Shown here piece by piece: positions 26,585 through 37,773 of a stretch of 64,000 bases of DNA. The stretch lies in the NCBI RefSeq assembly GCF_030028105.1, contig NC_092381.1, positions 26,205,550 through 26,269,549 on the forward strand, given 5' to 3'. Numbering within the stretch: position 1 is the first letter of the stretch; each line of letters begins with the position of its first letter. The notes beneath the pieces are model-generated. The model was not told the DNA's origin, did not search any database, and saw only the letters and a list, made by a program, of their open reading frames with translations. The DNA comes from Mobula birostris. Its lineage: Eukaryota. A program made the position numbers and the translations under genes.

Positions 26585-26705
26585 TAAGCACAAGGGATTC
26601 TGCAGATGCTGGAAATTCAGAGTAACACAGACAAAATGCTGAAGGAACTCAGCAGGCCAGGGAGCAGCCATGGAGAGGAATGAATAGTCGACATTCCGGG
26701 CAGAA
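26585..26705 (-). mobile_element. Penelope-like terminal fragment with tail, truncated inside the hammerhead region
   Basis: TTCTGCAGATGCTGGAAATTCA...CAAAATGCTGAAGGAACTCAGCAGGCCAGG...GTCGACATT, homologous to the other PLE ends. Confidence 0.75.
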
Positions 26706-27379
26706 CTGGAGCGGTAGCAGCATGGAAGTAGAGCCACTGCCTTCGGCTCCAGCAAACTACGTTAAGTCGTGGCCTTGTGCGTCGTCTGTGCTGGCACATT
26801 CTCTCTAAGACCACGTGGGTTTCCTCCATTTTTCTACTGTCTCTTCCCACTTCCCAAAGCCATGTGGGTTGTTAAGTTAATTGGCCCCTAGCATGTAGGG
26901 GAGCGGCAGGATCTGGGGGAGCTGATCAGAGTGTGGGGAGAAATATAAAAATGGGATTAATGTACGATTAGCGTAAAGATGAACGATTAAAGATTAGCTT
27001 TATTTGTCACACGTACATTGAAACATACAGAGGAATGCAGCATTTGCATCAAATCAAATCAGTGAGGATTGTGCCAGACAGCCCACCAGTGGTGCCATGC
27101 TTCCAGAGCCAATGTAGTATGCCCATAACTTTAACTCGTACACCCTTGAAACGTGAGAGGAAACCGAAATACCTGGAGGAAACCCATGCAGTCCCAGGGA
27201 GAATGTACAGACAGCAGAGGGAGTTGAACCCCAATCCTACAGTTACCACTGTAAAGCACTGCGCTTACTGCTCTGCTATTGTGCCATCCCTAGTAAAGTA
27301 AATGGGTGATTGAAGGCCAGTGTGGAGTCAACGGACCGAGTGGCCTGCCTCCTTGCTGCACCTGGCTATGGCGCTTAAC

Positions 27380-27670
27380 TCTATGAGTTCAAGTCCCTCC
27401 ATGACAGCCGGGGAGCTGAAATTTGGTTGATTTAACTTATCTGCAGTGTAAGTGCCAGTGACAATGACCACAAAACTGATGGATTGGCATGAACACTTGC
27501 TAGCGTCACTGCTGTCTTCAGGCTAGGCAGTCTGTTTCCTTTACCTGGCTTGATCTGTGTGAGACTCTTGACTGCCCACTGAAATAACTAATGATGTCAA
27601 TCATTCAATACAAGAGAAATGTCATGCAGCAGCTTGAGTACAAGCCAGCAATGTTATCAACCATAAATGA
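27380..27670 (+). mobile_element. Ancient SINE-like repeat (second copy ~59675-60350)
   Basis: Both copies share GAGTTCAA(G/A)TCCC...GACCAC...TGTCTT.AGG..GG.A..CTG blocks; highly diverged. Confidence 0.55.
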
Positions 27671-28949
27671 ATAACATAAAACACAGGTAGCCCATGACTC
27701 AATTGATTGATGATATGGATTGAGCAGCTAAATGTTCGGTGGTTCCAATACACATCATGAAACAGTCATCAAGAGCAGAGGTGTGCAAACTGATTTCTCA
27801 ACCAGTTCGGCTCTACAAACCCAGTACAAAATGACTCAACTTGAGGTCCTATCAAAGGGTCACAACTGAAACAGTGTAGGACTTTTACCAAATGGTGCTG
27901 GTGGCAAGGCATGAGTAAGAATGCATTGGTGAGCAGCAGGACTCTGAAACAACTCCCTCGTTGAGACTGAGTGGCTGTGATGCTGGCTAAAGTGCTGAGG
28001 TGGGTGCAGAAGGCTCACAATTGGGAGAGTGCAAGTTTATTTTTGTATTTAGAGCTACAGCTTGGTAGCGGGCCCTTCCAGTCCAATGAGCCGGTGTCAC
28101 CCAGTTACACCCATGTTACCAATTAACCTGCTAACCTGTACGTCCTTGAAATGCGGAAAGAACCGGAGCAGCTAAAGGAAACTCACGTGGTCACGGGGAG
28201 AATGTAGAATCTCCTTACAGGCAGCAGCGGGAATTGCACCTGGGTGGTTGGCACTATAATAATGCAAAGCCAACCGCTACCCCTTATGTTAACTGCACCC
28301 CCCCCCACAATAAATGTCTGATCAACAATGTGTAATGGAAAATATGAGCAGTTTTAAGTTTCCCACTGAGGTTTTTTGAACGTCTCTCAAAACCAAGACT
28401 TCTTCCACCGAAAAGGATAAGGACAGCAGGTATAACAGGAGGTGCTCGGGCCAGCTTCAGCAATCTACATTCAGCCTGACCTTGGGTGCTGTCCAAATGA
28501 AGTTTGCATGTTCTCCCCAATGAACTCATGGGTTTCTCTGGGTGTTCCAGTTTTCTCCCACATCCAAAAGATGCATGGCTTTGCAGATGACAGTTGCCAT
28601 CAATTAACCCCAGTATTGATAGGTGATGGGGGACCAGGGTGATGTTTTTAGGCACATGAGAGAAAGGGTTGTAGATCATTAAGATGCAGGCAAAGTGACT
28701 GATGGTTCTGCTCAGAGAGCGATCATTGAATCAAAGGGTCAAATTGCCTCCTATATTATTGGAAATATTAGAAAGGTGGATGGGAACATGTTTCCCTCCA
28801 AGCTATGACCAAATGTGCATTGGATATACCATATATTACTGTCCTTCGTCAGTATGTCTAAATACTGGAACACCCCACCAGCTTCACTGTGGAAATATCT
28901 CATCAGAAGGCTTTAGTGATTTTAGGTGACAGCTCACAATGAATTCTTG

Positions 28950-29582
28950 AGGGCAGGCGGGAGGAGAAGATGGTGGCGCGCCTGCGCGGGCGCAGCCCTC
29001 CAGTGAAAAATGATACCGTATCTGTTAAATAGGGGCCGTGGACAATTCTGATTTGATGGAGACAGACGTGAAAGCACAGAGGAACATCTGGAGAAATTTC
29101 TGAAACGCTCGTTCGCTGCTGCCGTTACTGCATGGTCGGGAATCTTTCGAAGGGTAAACCTCAAAATCCCTGGCCTTGCCTGCTTTTGGCGACCGAGAAG
29201 GAGGTCGAATCATTGGGACAGAGATGGCGCTCAGTACTTGGTGTCGGACAGCTGATCAGAGCTCGAAGTTTTCGGATGACTCAGAGTCGGATTGTGGTCA
29301 GCATGGCAGGGAGAGTTTTTCTTCCTTCTCCCGTCTGCGTGAGATGTGGGACATTTGAGAGACTTTGAACTTTACTGTGCTCATGGACTTCTTCATCAAG
29401 TTATGGTATTGTTGCACTGTTGTAACTATATGTTATAATTATGTGATTTTGTCAGCTTTTTCAGTCTTGGTCTGTCCTGTGTTTTGTGATATCACACTGG
29501 AGGAAATATTGTATCATTTCTTAATGCATGTATTACTAAATGACAATTAAAGAGGACTATGTGTCTTCATAATCTAATCTAA
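28950..29582 (+). mobile_element. CpG-rich non-autonomous retroposon (LINE-like 5' end and (AATCT)n tail)
   Basis: Starts GGAGGAGAAGATGGTGGCG, has many intact CpGs and no credible ORF, ends AATTAAA...AATCTAATCTAA. Confidence 0.65.
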
Positions 29583-30195
29583 GTAAGTACCGGCCTTGTC
29601 AGTGATGCCTTTACCTTATAAACAAATAATCAAAAGAAAACTGCAGAATGAAATCTGAAACAGGTATTAGGTCCTTGATTTGCAGAAACAATAAACTTTG
29701 TTCCTGTGTTAGATTGGTGCCCTTGACGATCATATTATGTCATGATCAATATGGCTTACTGCACAAGGCACGTGCATATTTGATGCAATGAACCATATTG
29801 GGTCATTTCACAGAACATTGCACAATTAACCTTCCAATGAAGATGTCTGCTGCTCACTCGTGAGATAAACTGCCCTCATCCCCAAGGCAGGAATTTTGCT
29901 CCTTTCAAAGTTACTGAGATTTTTAATAAACTTATAATTAATACACCAGGAACAGAGTAGTTCAAATTTCACAACATACAGTATGTCAGTCATAATAAAA
30001 CGTTACTCTCTTTCTAAGGCTGCAAAGCCTATTGAGCCTGCTCTGCTCTTAGACAGTAGCTGACATGCAGCTTTACTCCATTTATCTGCCTTAGGCTATT
30101 TCTCAAAGCTATCACCAATAAAACCTATCAATCTCAGTTTTGAAAATTTAAAATTTCCAGCAACCCCGATCCTATCTATGAAAACTTGCTTTCTT

Positions 30196-30862
30196 AGCAA
30201 CACACACAAAATGCTGGAGGAACTCAGCAGGTCAGGCAGCATCTTTGGAAATGAATGAACAGTCAAAGCTGAAGAAAGTTGTCAAATTGTTCAGCTCTAT
30301 CATGGGCACTATCCTCCTTGGTATCCAGGACATCATCAAGGAGCGGTACCTCAAAAAGGTACTGTTCAACATTAAAGATCCCCATCAACCAGAACATGTC
30401 TTGTTCTCATTGCTACCATCAGGAAGGAGGTACAGAAACCTGAAGAGGCAAACACTCAATTATTCAGGAACAGCTTCTTTCCCTCTGGCATCCAATTTCT
30501 GAATGGACGTTGAAACTACATCATTACTTTTCTCATTTCATTTTTTAGCACTACTTACTTAATTTAACTATTTCATTTATTTATATATATCCATATGGTA
30601 ATTAAAATTTTTTCTCTATTACTACATATTGCATTGCACTGCTGCCACAAAGATGACAAATTTCATGACATATGCTGGTGATATTAAACCTGATTTTGAT
30701 TCTGAATTTCCCTCATCCTTTCCAGGCCTGATGAAGGGTCTCAGCTCAAAACGTTGACTGTTAATTCATTTCCAAAGATGTTGCCTGACCTTCTGAGTTC
30801 CTCCAACATTTTGGGTGTGTTAATTTGGATTTCCAGCATCTGCAAACCTTCTCGTGATTATG
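30196..30862. mobile_element. Older Penelope-like inverted-end insertion, with a Rex1 3' fragment (~30267-30705) between the arms
   Basis: The arm at 30196-30266 is the reverse complement of ~30754-30822, followed by the family tail. Imperfect TSD ACTTGCTT(T/C)CTT. Confidence 0.78.
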
Positions 30863-31419
30863 ACTTGCTTCCTTATTTGACTTGTAAAGAGCCTGGCTCT
30901 AACTTTAACATTATGCTTTCTTAAACTAGATTCACTCTCCAGAGGGAATAATTTCTTTGTATATAAAATTTGAATCACTTTAACATTCTAAACATTTCAA
31001 CATATTACCCTTATAAACATTTGGGGAAAACATGACAAGTTTATTCATCTTTTACTTCTAGTGCAGCTTTGTATGCCATATCCTTTTCAAGGTGAGTGCA
31101 TCTTTCCATGTATCCAGTACCGAAGATTAAATTAGTCTCTCAAGTAATGTTTGATACATGCTGTATTGTAACCTCTTATGATAAAGATCAACACAATTTT
31201 CGCCCTTGCGATTGCTTTGTGTAGCCAAGAGATAACTTTTAGAGATTGGAATACGTGGACATTAATCCTCTTGGTTTTCTGCAGCTGATATTCTAATTTG
31301 ACTTTCCTAGATCTGAAGTGTACAGTATAATCTCACTTTCTCTTATTGAGCATCACTGGCTATTTTTGTCCTATTCTCTTTATCCTTCTCTAGGTCTCCC
31401 TTTGTCCAGATGCACGATA

Positions 31420-31765
31420 GACCTTAAAACCATAAGACAAAGGAGCAGAATTAGGCCATTTGGCTCATAAGGTCTGCTCCACCATTACATCATGATTGAT
31501 TTATCATCGCTCTCAACTCCTTTCTCCTGCCTTCTCCCCGTAACCTTGGACACCTTGATTAATGAAGAACCTATCAGTCACCTTTAAATCTACCCATTGA
31601 CATCTATATGTGGCAATGAATTCCATAGATTCACCATCCTCTGTCTAAAAAACTCTTCCTCATCTCTGTTCTAAAGAAAAGTTCTTGTATTCTGAGGCGG
31701 TGCCCTTTGGTCCCAGACTCCCTCACTATAGAAAACATCCTTTCCACGTTAACTCTAACTAGACC
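31420..31765 (-). mobile_element. CR1 3' end
   Basis: CATAAGA..AGGAGCAGAATTAGGCCATT tail; ORF remnant FRTEMRKSF..R. Confidence 0.82.
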
Positions 31766-32354
31766 TTTTGTAGCATCGTGCTTACAGTGGCAGTAATCTG
31801 GTTCAGTTCCCACCACTGTCTGTAAGGAGCTTGTATATTCTTCCCATGACCACGTGGGTTTGCTCTGGGTGCTCTGGTTTCCTCCCACATTCCAAAGATA
31901 TACAGGTTAGTAGGTTAATTGGTGACATGGGTGTAATTGGCTCATTGGCTTAGAAGGGCCTGTTACCAAGCTGTATCTCTGAATTAAATAAGTAAAATAA
32001 GTCTCATTGTAACGTCTTCTTTCTTACTGTCTCCTTCTGTACGGCACCTGACAAAAGGGCTACACATTTCAGTAATGTTTTAACTCAGATATTAAAAGGA
32101 CAAACGAAGCTCCAGGTATAGATCCCCTGGATAGCATCATGCACGCTAGTAGATGGACAGTTACCACTTCTGTCTGCGCTCGCTTTATCTCAGGAACAAT
32201 CACTGTTCCTTCTAAGCTGTGCAGGTGCACAGCCGTGCAATTCCTGAAATGCTCCCGTGCACATAGCCTTTGCTGTTACACAGCTGGAATTTTCTTTTAT
32301 ATAATATTAATATGAAATGCTAGGCCGTTTGCAGGCCGTGTAAAAATGTATGGC

Positions 32355-34558
32355 TCAGACTGTGTGGATAGTTCTCTACCAGCTTTGCACATCTGGTCAC
32401 AGCAATTTTCTCCCATTCCTCTTTACAAAACTGCTCACGCTCTGTTAAGTTGCATGGAGATTGTGACTGGACAGCCCTTTTCAAGTCCAGCCACAAATTC
32501 TCAATTGGATTGAGGTCTGGACTCTGACTTGACCACTCCATAAGACCATATGACCATAAGACCATAAGATATAGGAGCAGAAGTAGGCTATTGTTGCCTG
32601 GATTGGGGAGCATGCCTTATGAGAATAGGTTGAGTGAACTCGGCCTTTTCTCCTTGGAGCGACGGAGGGTGAGAGGTGACCTGACAGAGGTGTATAAGAT
32701 GATGAGAGGCATTGATCGTGTGGATAGTCAGAGGCTTTTTCCCAGGGCTGAAATGGTTGCCACAAGAGGACACAGGTTTGAGGTGCTGGGGAGTAGGTAC
32801 AGAGGAGATGTCAGGGGTATGGTTTTTTACTCAGAGAGTGGTGAGTGCGTGGAATGGGCTGCCAGCAATGGTGGTGGAGGTGGATATGATAAGGTCTTTA
32901 AAGAGACTTTTGGATAGGTACAAGGAGCTTAGAAAAATAGAGGGCTATAGGTAAGCCTAGTAATTTCTAAGGTAGGGACATGTTCAGCACAACTTTGTGG
33001 GCCGAAGGGCCTGAATTGTGCTGTAGGTTTTGTATGTTTCTATGTTTCTATTTGGCCCATCGAGTCTGCTCTGCCATTCAATCATGGGCTGATCCAATTC
33101 TTCCAGTCATCTTCACTCCGTACCCTTTGATGCCCTGGCTAATCAAGAACCTATCTATCTCTGCCTTAAATAAACCCAATGACTTGGCCTCCACAGCTGC
33201 TTGTGGCAACAAATTCCACAGATTTACCACCCTTTGACTAAAGTAATTTCTCCACATCTCAGTTCTAAAAGGACATCCTTCAATCCTGAAGTCGTGCCCT
33301 CTTGTCCTGGAATCTCCTACCATGGGAAATAACTTTGCCATATCTAATCTGGACTCCAGGACATTAACTTTGTTGCTTTTAAGCCATTCCTGTGTAGCAT
33401 TGGTTTTATGCTTGGGGTCACTGTCTTGCTGGAAAACAAATCTTCTCCCAAGTTGTAGCTGTCTTGCAGACTGCACCAAGTTTTCCTCCAGAATTTCCCT
33501 GTATTTTTCTGCATTCATTTTACCCTCTACGTTCACACGCCTTACAGGGCCTGTTGCAGGCAAAGCATTCTCCCCAGCATGATGCAATCACCACCATACT
33601 TTATGGTAGGGATGGAGCGTTTTTGATGATGTGTGGTGTTTGTCTTACGCCAAACATAGCCTTTAGTTTGATGGCCAAAAAGCTCAATTTTGGTTTCATT
33701 AGGCCAGAGAATCTTCTTCCAGCTGACTTCGGAGTCTCCCAAATGGCTTCTGGCAAACTTTAGCCAAGATTTCATGTGAGGCTTTTTCACAGGCTTTCTC
33801 TTTGCCACTCTCCCATAAAGCTACGGCTGGTGAAACACCCGGGCAACAGTTGCTGTGCGCACAGTCTCTCTCATCTCAGCCACTGAAACTTATAACTCTC
33901 CCAGAGCTGTCAAAGGTCTCTTGGTGGCCTCCCTCTCTACTTCCCTTCTTACACGGTCATTCAGTTTTTGAGAACGGCCTGCTCTAGGCAGATTTACAGC
34001 TATGTCATATTCTTTGTATTTTTTGATGATTGACTGACTTAACTGTACTCTAAAGGATATTCAGCGACTTGGAAATGTTCTTGAATCCATCTCCTGGCTT
34101 CTGCTTTTCAATAATCTTTTTGCAAAGTTGCTTGGAGTTTTCTTTTGTCTTCATGGTGTAGTTTTTGCCAGGATACTGACTCACCAGCAGCTGGACCTTC
34201 CAGATACAGGTGTGATTTTACTACAATCAATTGAAACACCTTGACTGTGCACAGGTCTCCAAAAACAGATCTCTGTTTAATTAATTACATGACTTCTGAA
34301 ACTAATTGGCTGCACCAGTGACGATTTGCTGTGCCATATTAAAGGGGGTAAATACTTTTGCAATCAATTATTTTGTGCTTTATATTTGTAATTTATTTAG
34401 ATCATTTTGCGGAGATCTGTTTTCACTTTGAGAGGAAAGAGTCTTTTTCTGTTGATCGGTGTCAAAAAAGCAAAGCTAAATACTTCGTGATTCAATGTTG
34501 TAAAACAGTAAAACATGAAAGCTTCCCGGGCGGGGTGAATACTTTTTACAGGCTCTGT
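32355..34558 (-). mobile_element. Decayed Tc1 (DD34E) transposon, interrupted by two nested CR1 fragments
   Basis: MKTKENSKQL start (~34154), WPNETKIELFG, FQQDSDPKH, SPDLNPIENLW. One terminus TA-CAGAGCCTGTAAAAAGTATTCAC at ~34558. CR1(-) ~32541-33352 between ACTCCA duplications; CR1(+) ~32593-33049 inside it between CTATT duplications. Confidence 0.9.
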
Positions 34559-34574
34559 ACATGTTTTTTTCCAC

Positions 34575-37020
34575 TCTTTCCAGTTTAATCACACCTTTCC
34601 TATAACAGGTGACCAAAACTGTACACAATACTCCAATTGTGTCCTCACCAATGAGTTACACAACTGCAATGTAATGACTTTTGCATCACTTTGTCTAAAT
34701 TGTGTATCATTTACAACAATCTACACATTTGTACTCCAATGTCCCTATGTTCCATTACACTCCCAAGTGTACTACCAATCATCATATAAATCCTGTGCCG
34801 GTTTGATTTTCCAAAATGCTTCGCCTCTCACATATCTGTGATGACATTTATTTGCCACTCCTTGTAGCACTCTCCTAACTGATCAAGGTCGCCTTGTAAT
34901 CTGACAATCTTTACTATCGACAACACCTCCTCATACTGTGTCATCTGAAAATTTACTGATCAAGCCTTGTGCATCCACATCCAAATCATTTATGCAATAA
35001 CAAAGATCTAAACATCATCTCCTGCAGCACATCACTAGTCTCCTACCTCCATTCCAAGAAATAACCTTCAACAATCACCCAGTACTACCTACCGCTGAAC
35101 CAATTTTGAATCCACCCAATTAGCTCTCCCTAGAAATAACCTTCCAGGCCAGCCTATCAAAGTTCAAAGTAAATTTACTATCAAAATATATATACTATAT
35201 ATCACCCTATACAACTCTGAGATTCATTTTCTTGTAGGCATACTCAATATATCCATAATAAAATAATAATCACAATAGAGTCAATGAAAGACCCCACCAC
35301 CTTGGGCATTCAATCAGTGCAAAAACAAAAAAACTGTGCAAATGCAAATAGAAAGAAATAATAATAATAAATAAATAAACAATAAATACCACGAACATGA
35401 GATAAAGAGACCTTGAAAGTGAGTACATAGGTTGCTGCAACATTTCAGTGATGGGAAAAGTGAAGTTATCTCCATTGGCTCAAGAGCCTGATGACTGAGG
35501 GATAGTCTTCTTCTTCTTCTTCTTCTTCTTCATGTGCCTTGCACGTTACACACTTGGGTGATCATGGCTTTCCACATCCAGCAATCCCATACAGCGTCAA
35601 TGATATCTCGCACACTTAGATCTGTTAGTTCTTTCACAGTGTCCATATATTTTCTTCTTTGCCTTCCTCTTCCGTGTTTCCCAGGCATATGGCCTTGTAA
35701 TGTAAAGTATTCTATTTCTTCCTTTTTGATGACATGGCCCAGGAATTTAAGTTTCCTCTCATTTAATGTTCTCATTAAAGATCTTTTTGTATGGGCACAT
35801 TGGAGTACTGTCTCATTAGTTACCCTATCTCTATATGATATTTTCAGCGTTCTTCTAAGAAACCACATTTCTGTTGCTTCTCAGTTTCTTTGGAGTGCTG
35901 GTGTTATAGTCCATGTTTCGGAAACATACAGCAAGATTGACCAGATGTAACATTTTAGTAGCCTAAGCCTTGTTGTCATAGAAACGTGTCTGTTGGTAAA
36001 AATGGGTTGGAAGTTGGTTTTGGCAAAGGCAATTCTTCTTTTTATTTCTACTTTACTTCTAGCATCTTGTGATATAAAGCTACCAAGGTAATTAAAGCTG
36101 GTCTTTTGTTCAGTCTCTTGGTTACCGATGTACAATTGGCAGTTGGGAGTATCCTGCTGTTTTGATATTACCATACATTTGGTTTTTTTACAGTTGAGGG
36201 TTAGACCAAAATCTGCACTTGTTTGTAGTACTTTGTCTAGGAGGATCTGTAGGTCTTCTGTAGCACTTGCTATTAGGGTGGTATCGTCTGCATATCTTAT
36301 ATTGTTGATGTTAACACCTCCAATTTTTATCCCATCTAGGTCTTCTATTTCTCTCAGAATCATTTCACTATAGATATTAAACAATTCTGGTGAGGCAACG
36401 CATCCCTGTCTAACTCCTCTTCGAATTTTAGTCCAACTGCTTATATTATCATCAATTTTACCGCCTTCATTTGGTTTCAATATAAATTTTGAAGCAGTTG
36501 TTGGTCCCTTCCATCAATGCTTAGTGAGAATTTGAAATAATTTTTCATGTTGCACTTTGTTGAATGCTTTAGTGAAATCAATAAATGGATAGTAACTGTT
36601 CCTAAACAGAACCCTGTCAAACGTCTTGCTGAAGTCCAAACCGACAACATACACTGCCCTACTCTAACCCATCTTTTTCATAAACCTCTTCATAAAACTC
36701 TTTATTGTTTGACAAGCAAGACCTTCCAAGCACAGAGCTATGCTGACTCCTCCTAATCAGACTGTCCAAATGCTCATAGAACCTGTCCTTCAGATTCCCT
36801 TTCAGTGAGTTCACAACTTCTGATATCAGCTGATGGTCAGTCATTCTCTGGCTTGTCACTGCTACCTTTTTAAACTAATGAAGCAATTGTTCCACATTAC
36901 CTACTTTCTACTCTTTGGCAGCTTCAACAATGGCTAACAAGGGAGCAAGTATCTCCACGAGGCACACTGCAATTTCCTCCCTAGCCTCCCACAATGTTCA
37001 AGGCTGCACTGAGTCACGTC
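34575..37020 (-). mobile_element. Old CR1 RT region, interrupted by a Rex1-type 3' end (~35160-36607) that contains the RTE copy
   Basis: GTGTCATCTGAAAA (F.DDT) at ~34940 and AAACGTCTTGCTGAAGTCCA (LDFSKTF) at ~36620. The Rex1 tail is split at GGATAGT. Confidence 0.7.
35507..36586 (-). mobile_element. 5'-truncated RTE-clade LINE (RT domain)
   Basis: FIDFTKAF, GVRQGCVASPELFNIYSE, NIRYADDT, FNYLGS, LLYVSETW, RGRQRRKY. (GAA)n tail at 35507-35531; 7-bp TSD GGATAGT at 35500-35506 and 36587-36593. Confidence 0.93.
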
Positions 37021-37211
37021 TCTTACAAATGACCACTTACAGATTAATTGTTGCTTGAATCAGAGACCCAATAAATCTATCCAGTCTCAATCTACATTTG
37101 TTATAGATTTTCTCACCAACCCTTTGAGCCTCCCAGTGGAATAGTTCCAAAATTCTGCCTGGTTTATTGATCTTGGCTTAAAACATGAAGGATTTTAATC
37201 CCAGCAGTTTC

Positions 37212-37773
37212 TACACTCAGTAGTCACATATTACACACCTCCTGAACCTAATAAAGTGGGCACTGGGTGTGTGTTTGAGGTCTTTTGCTACTCTAGCCCA
37301 TGCACTTCAAAGTTCAATGTGTTGTGCATTCAGGAATGCTCTTCTGCCCAACATTGTTGTAACACATGGTTACTGCCACCTTCTTGTCAGCAGGAAACAA
37401 TCCGGCCATTCTCCCCTGACCTCCCTCATTAACAAGGGATTTTTGTCCACGGAACTACCACTCATTGGATGTCTTTTTGTTTTTCGCACCATTCTCTGTA
37501 AACTTTTGAGACTATTGCATGTGAAAATCCCAGGAGATCAGCAGTTTCTGAGATACTCAAACCACCGTCTGGCACCAACAATCATTCCACAATCAAAGTC
37601 ACTTAGATCACATTTCTTCCCCATTCTGATGTTTGGTTTGAACAACAACTGAACCTCTTGACCATGTCTGAATGGTTTTATGTATTGAATTGCTGCCACA
37701 TGATTAGCCAATTAGATACTTCTATTAATGAGCAGATGTACTAGTGTACCTAATACAATGGCCACTGAGTGTA
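37212..37773 (-). mobile_element. Non-autonomous Tc1/mariner-type element (same family as 22483-23061)
   Basis: TACACTCAG...GTACCTAATACAATGGCCACTGAGTGTA ends; internal sequence is the reverse complement of 22510-22750. Confidence 0.82.

Noticed and set aside
32332-32352. CAGGCCGTGTAAAAATGTAT as the second Tc1 TIR
   Set aside because: Only a short, loose match with no TA flank. It more likely belongs to an adjacent hAT-like fragment starting CACTGTTCCTTCTAAGCTG at ~32201.
33078-33587. 169-aa ORF as a novel transposase fusion gene
   Set aside because: Chance in-frame junction of a dead Tc1 and an inserted CR1 fragment; the rest of the transposase is frameshifted.
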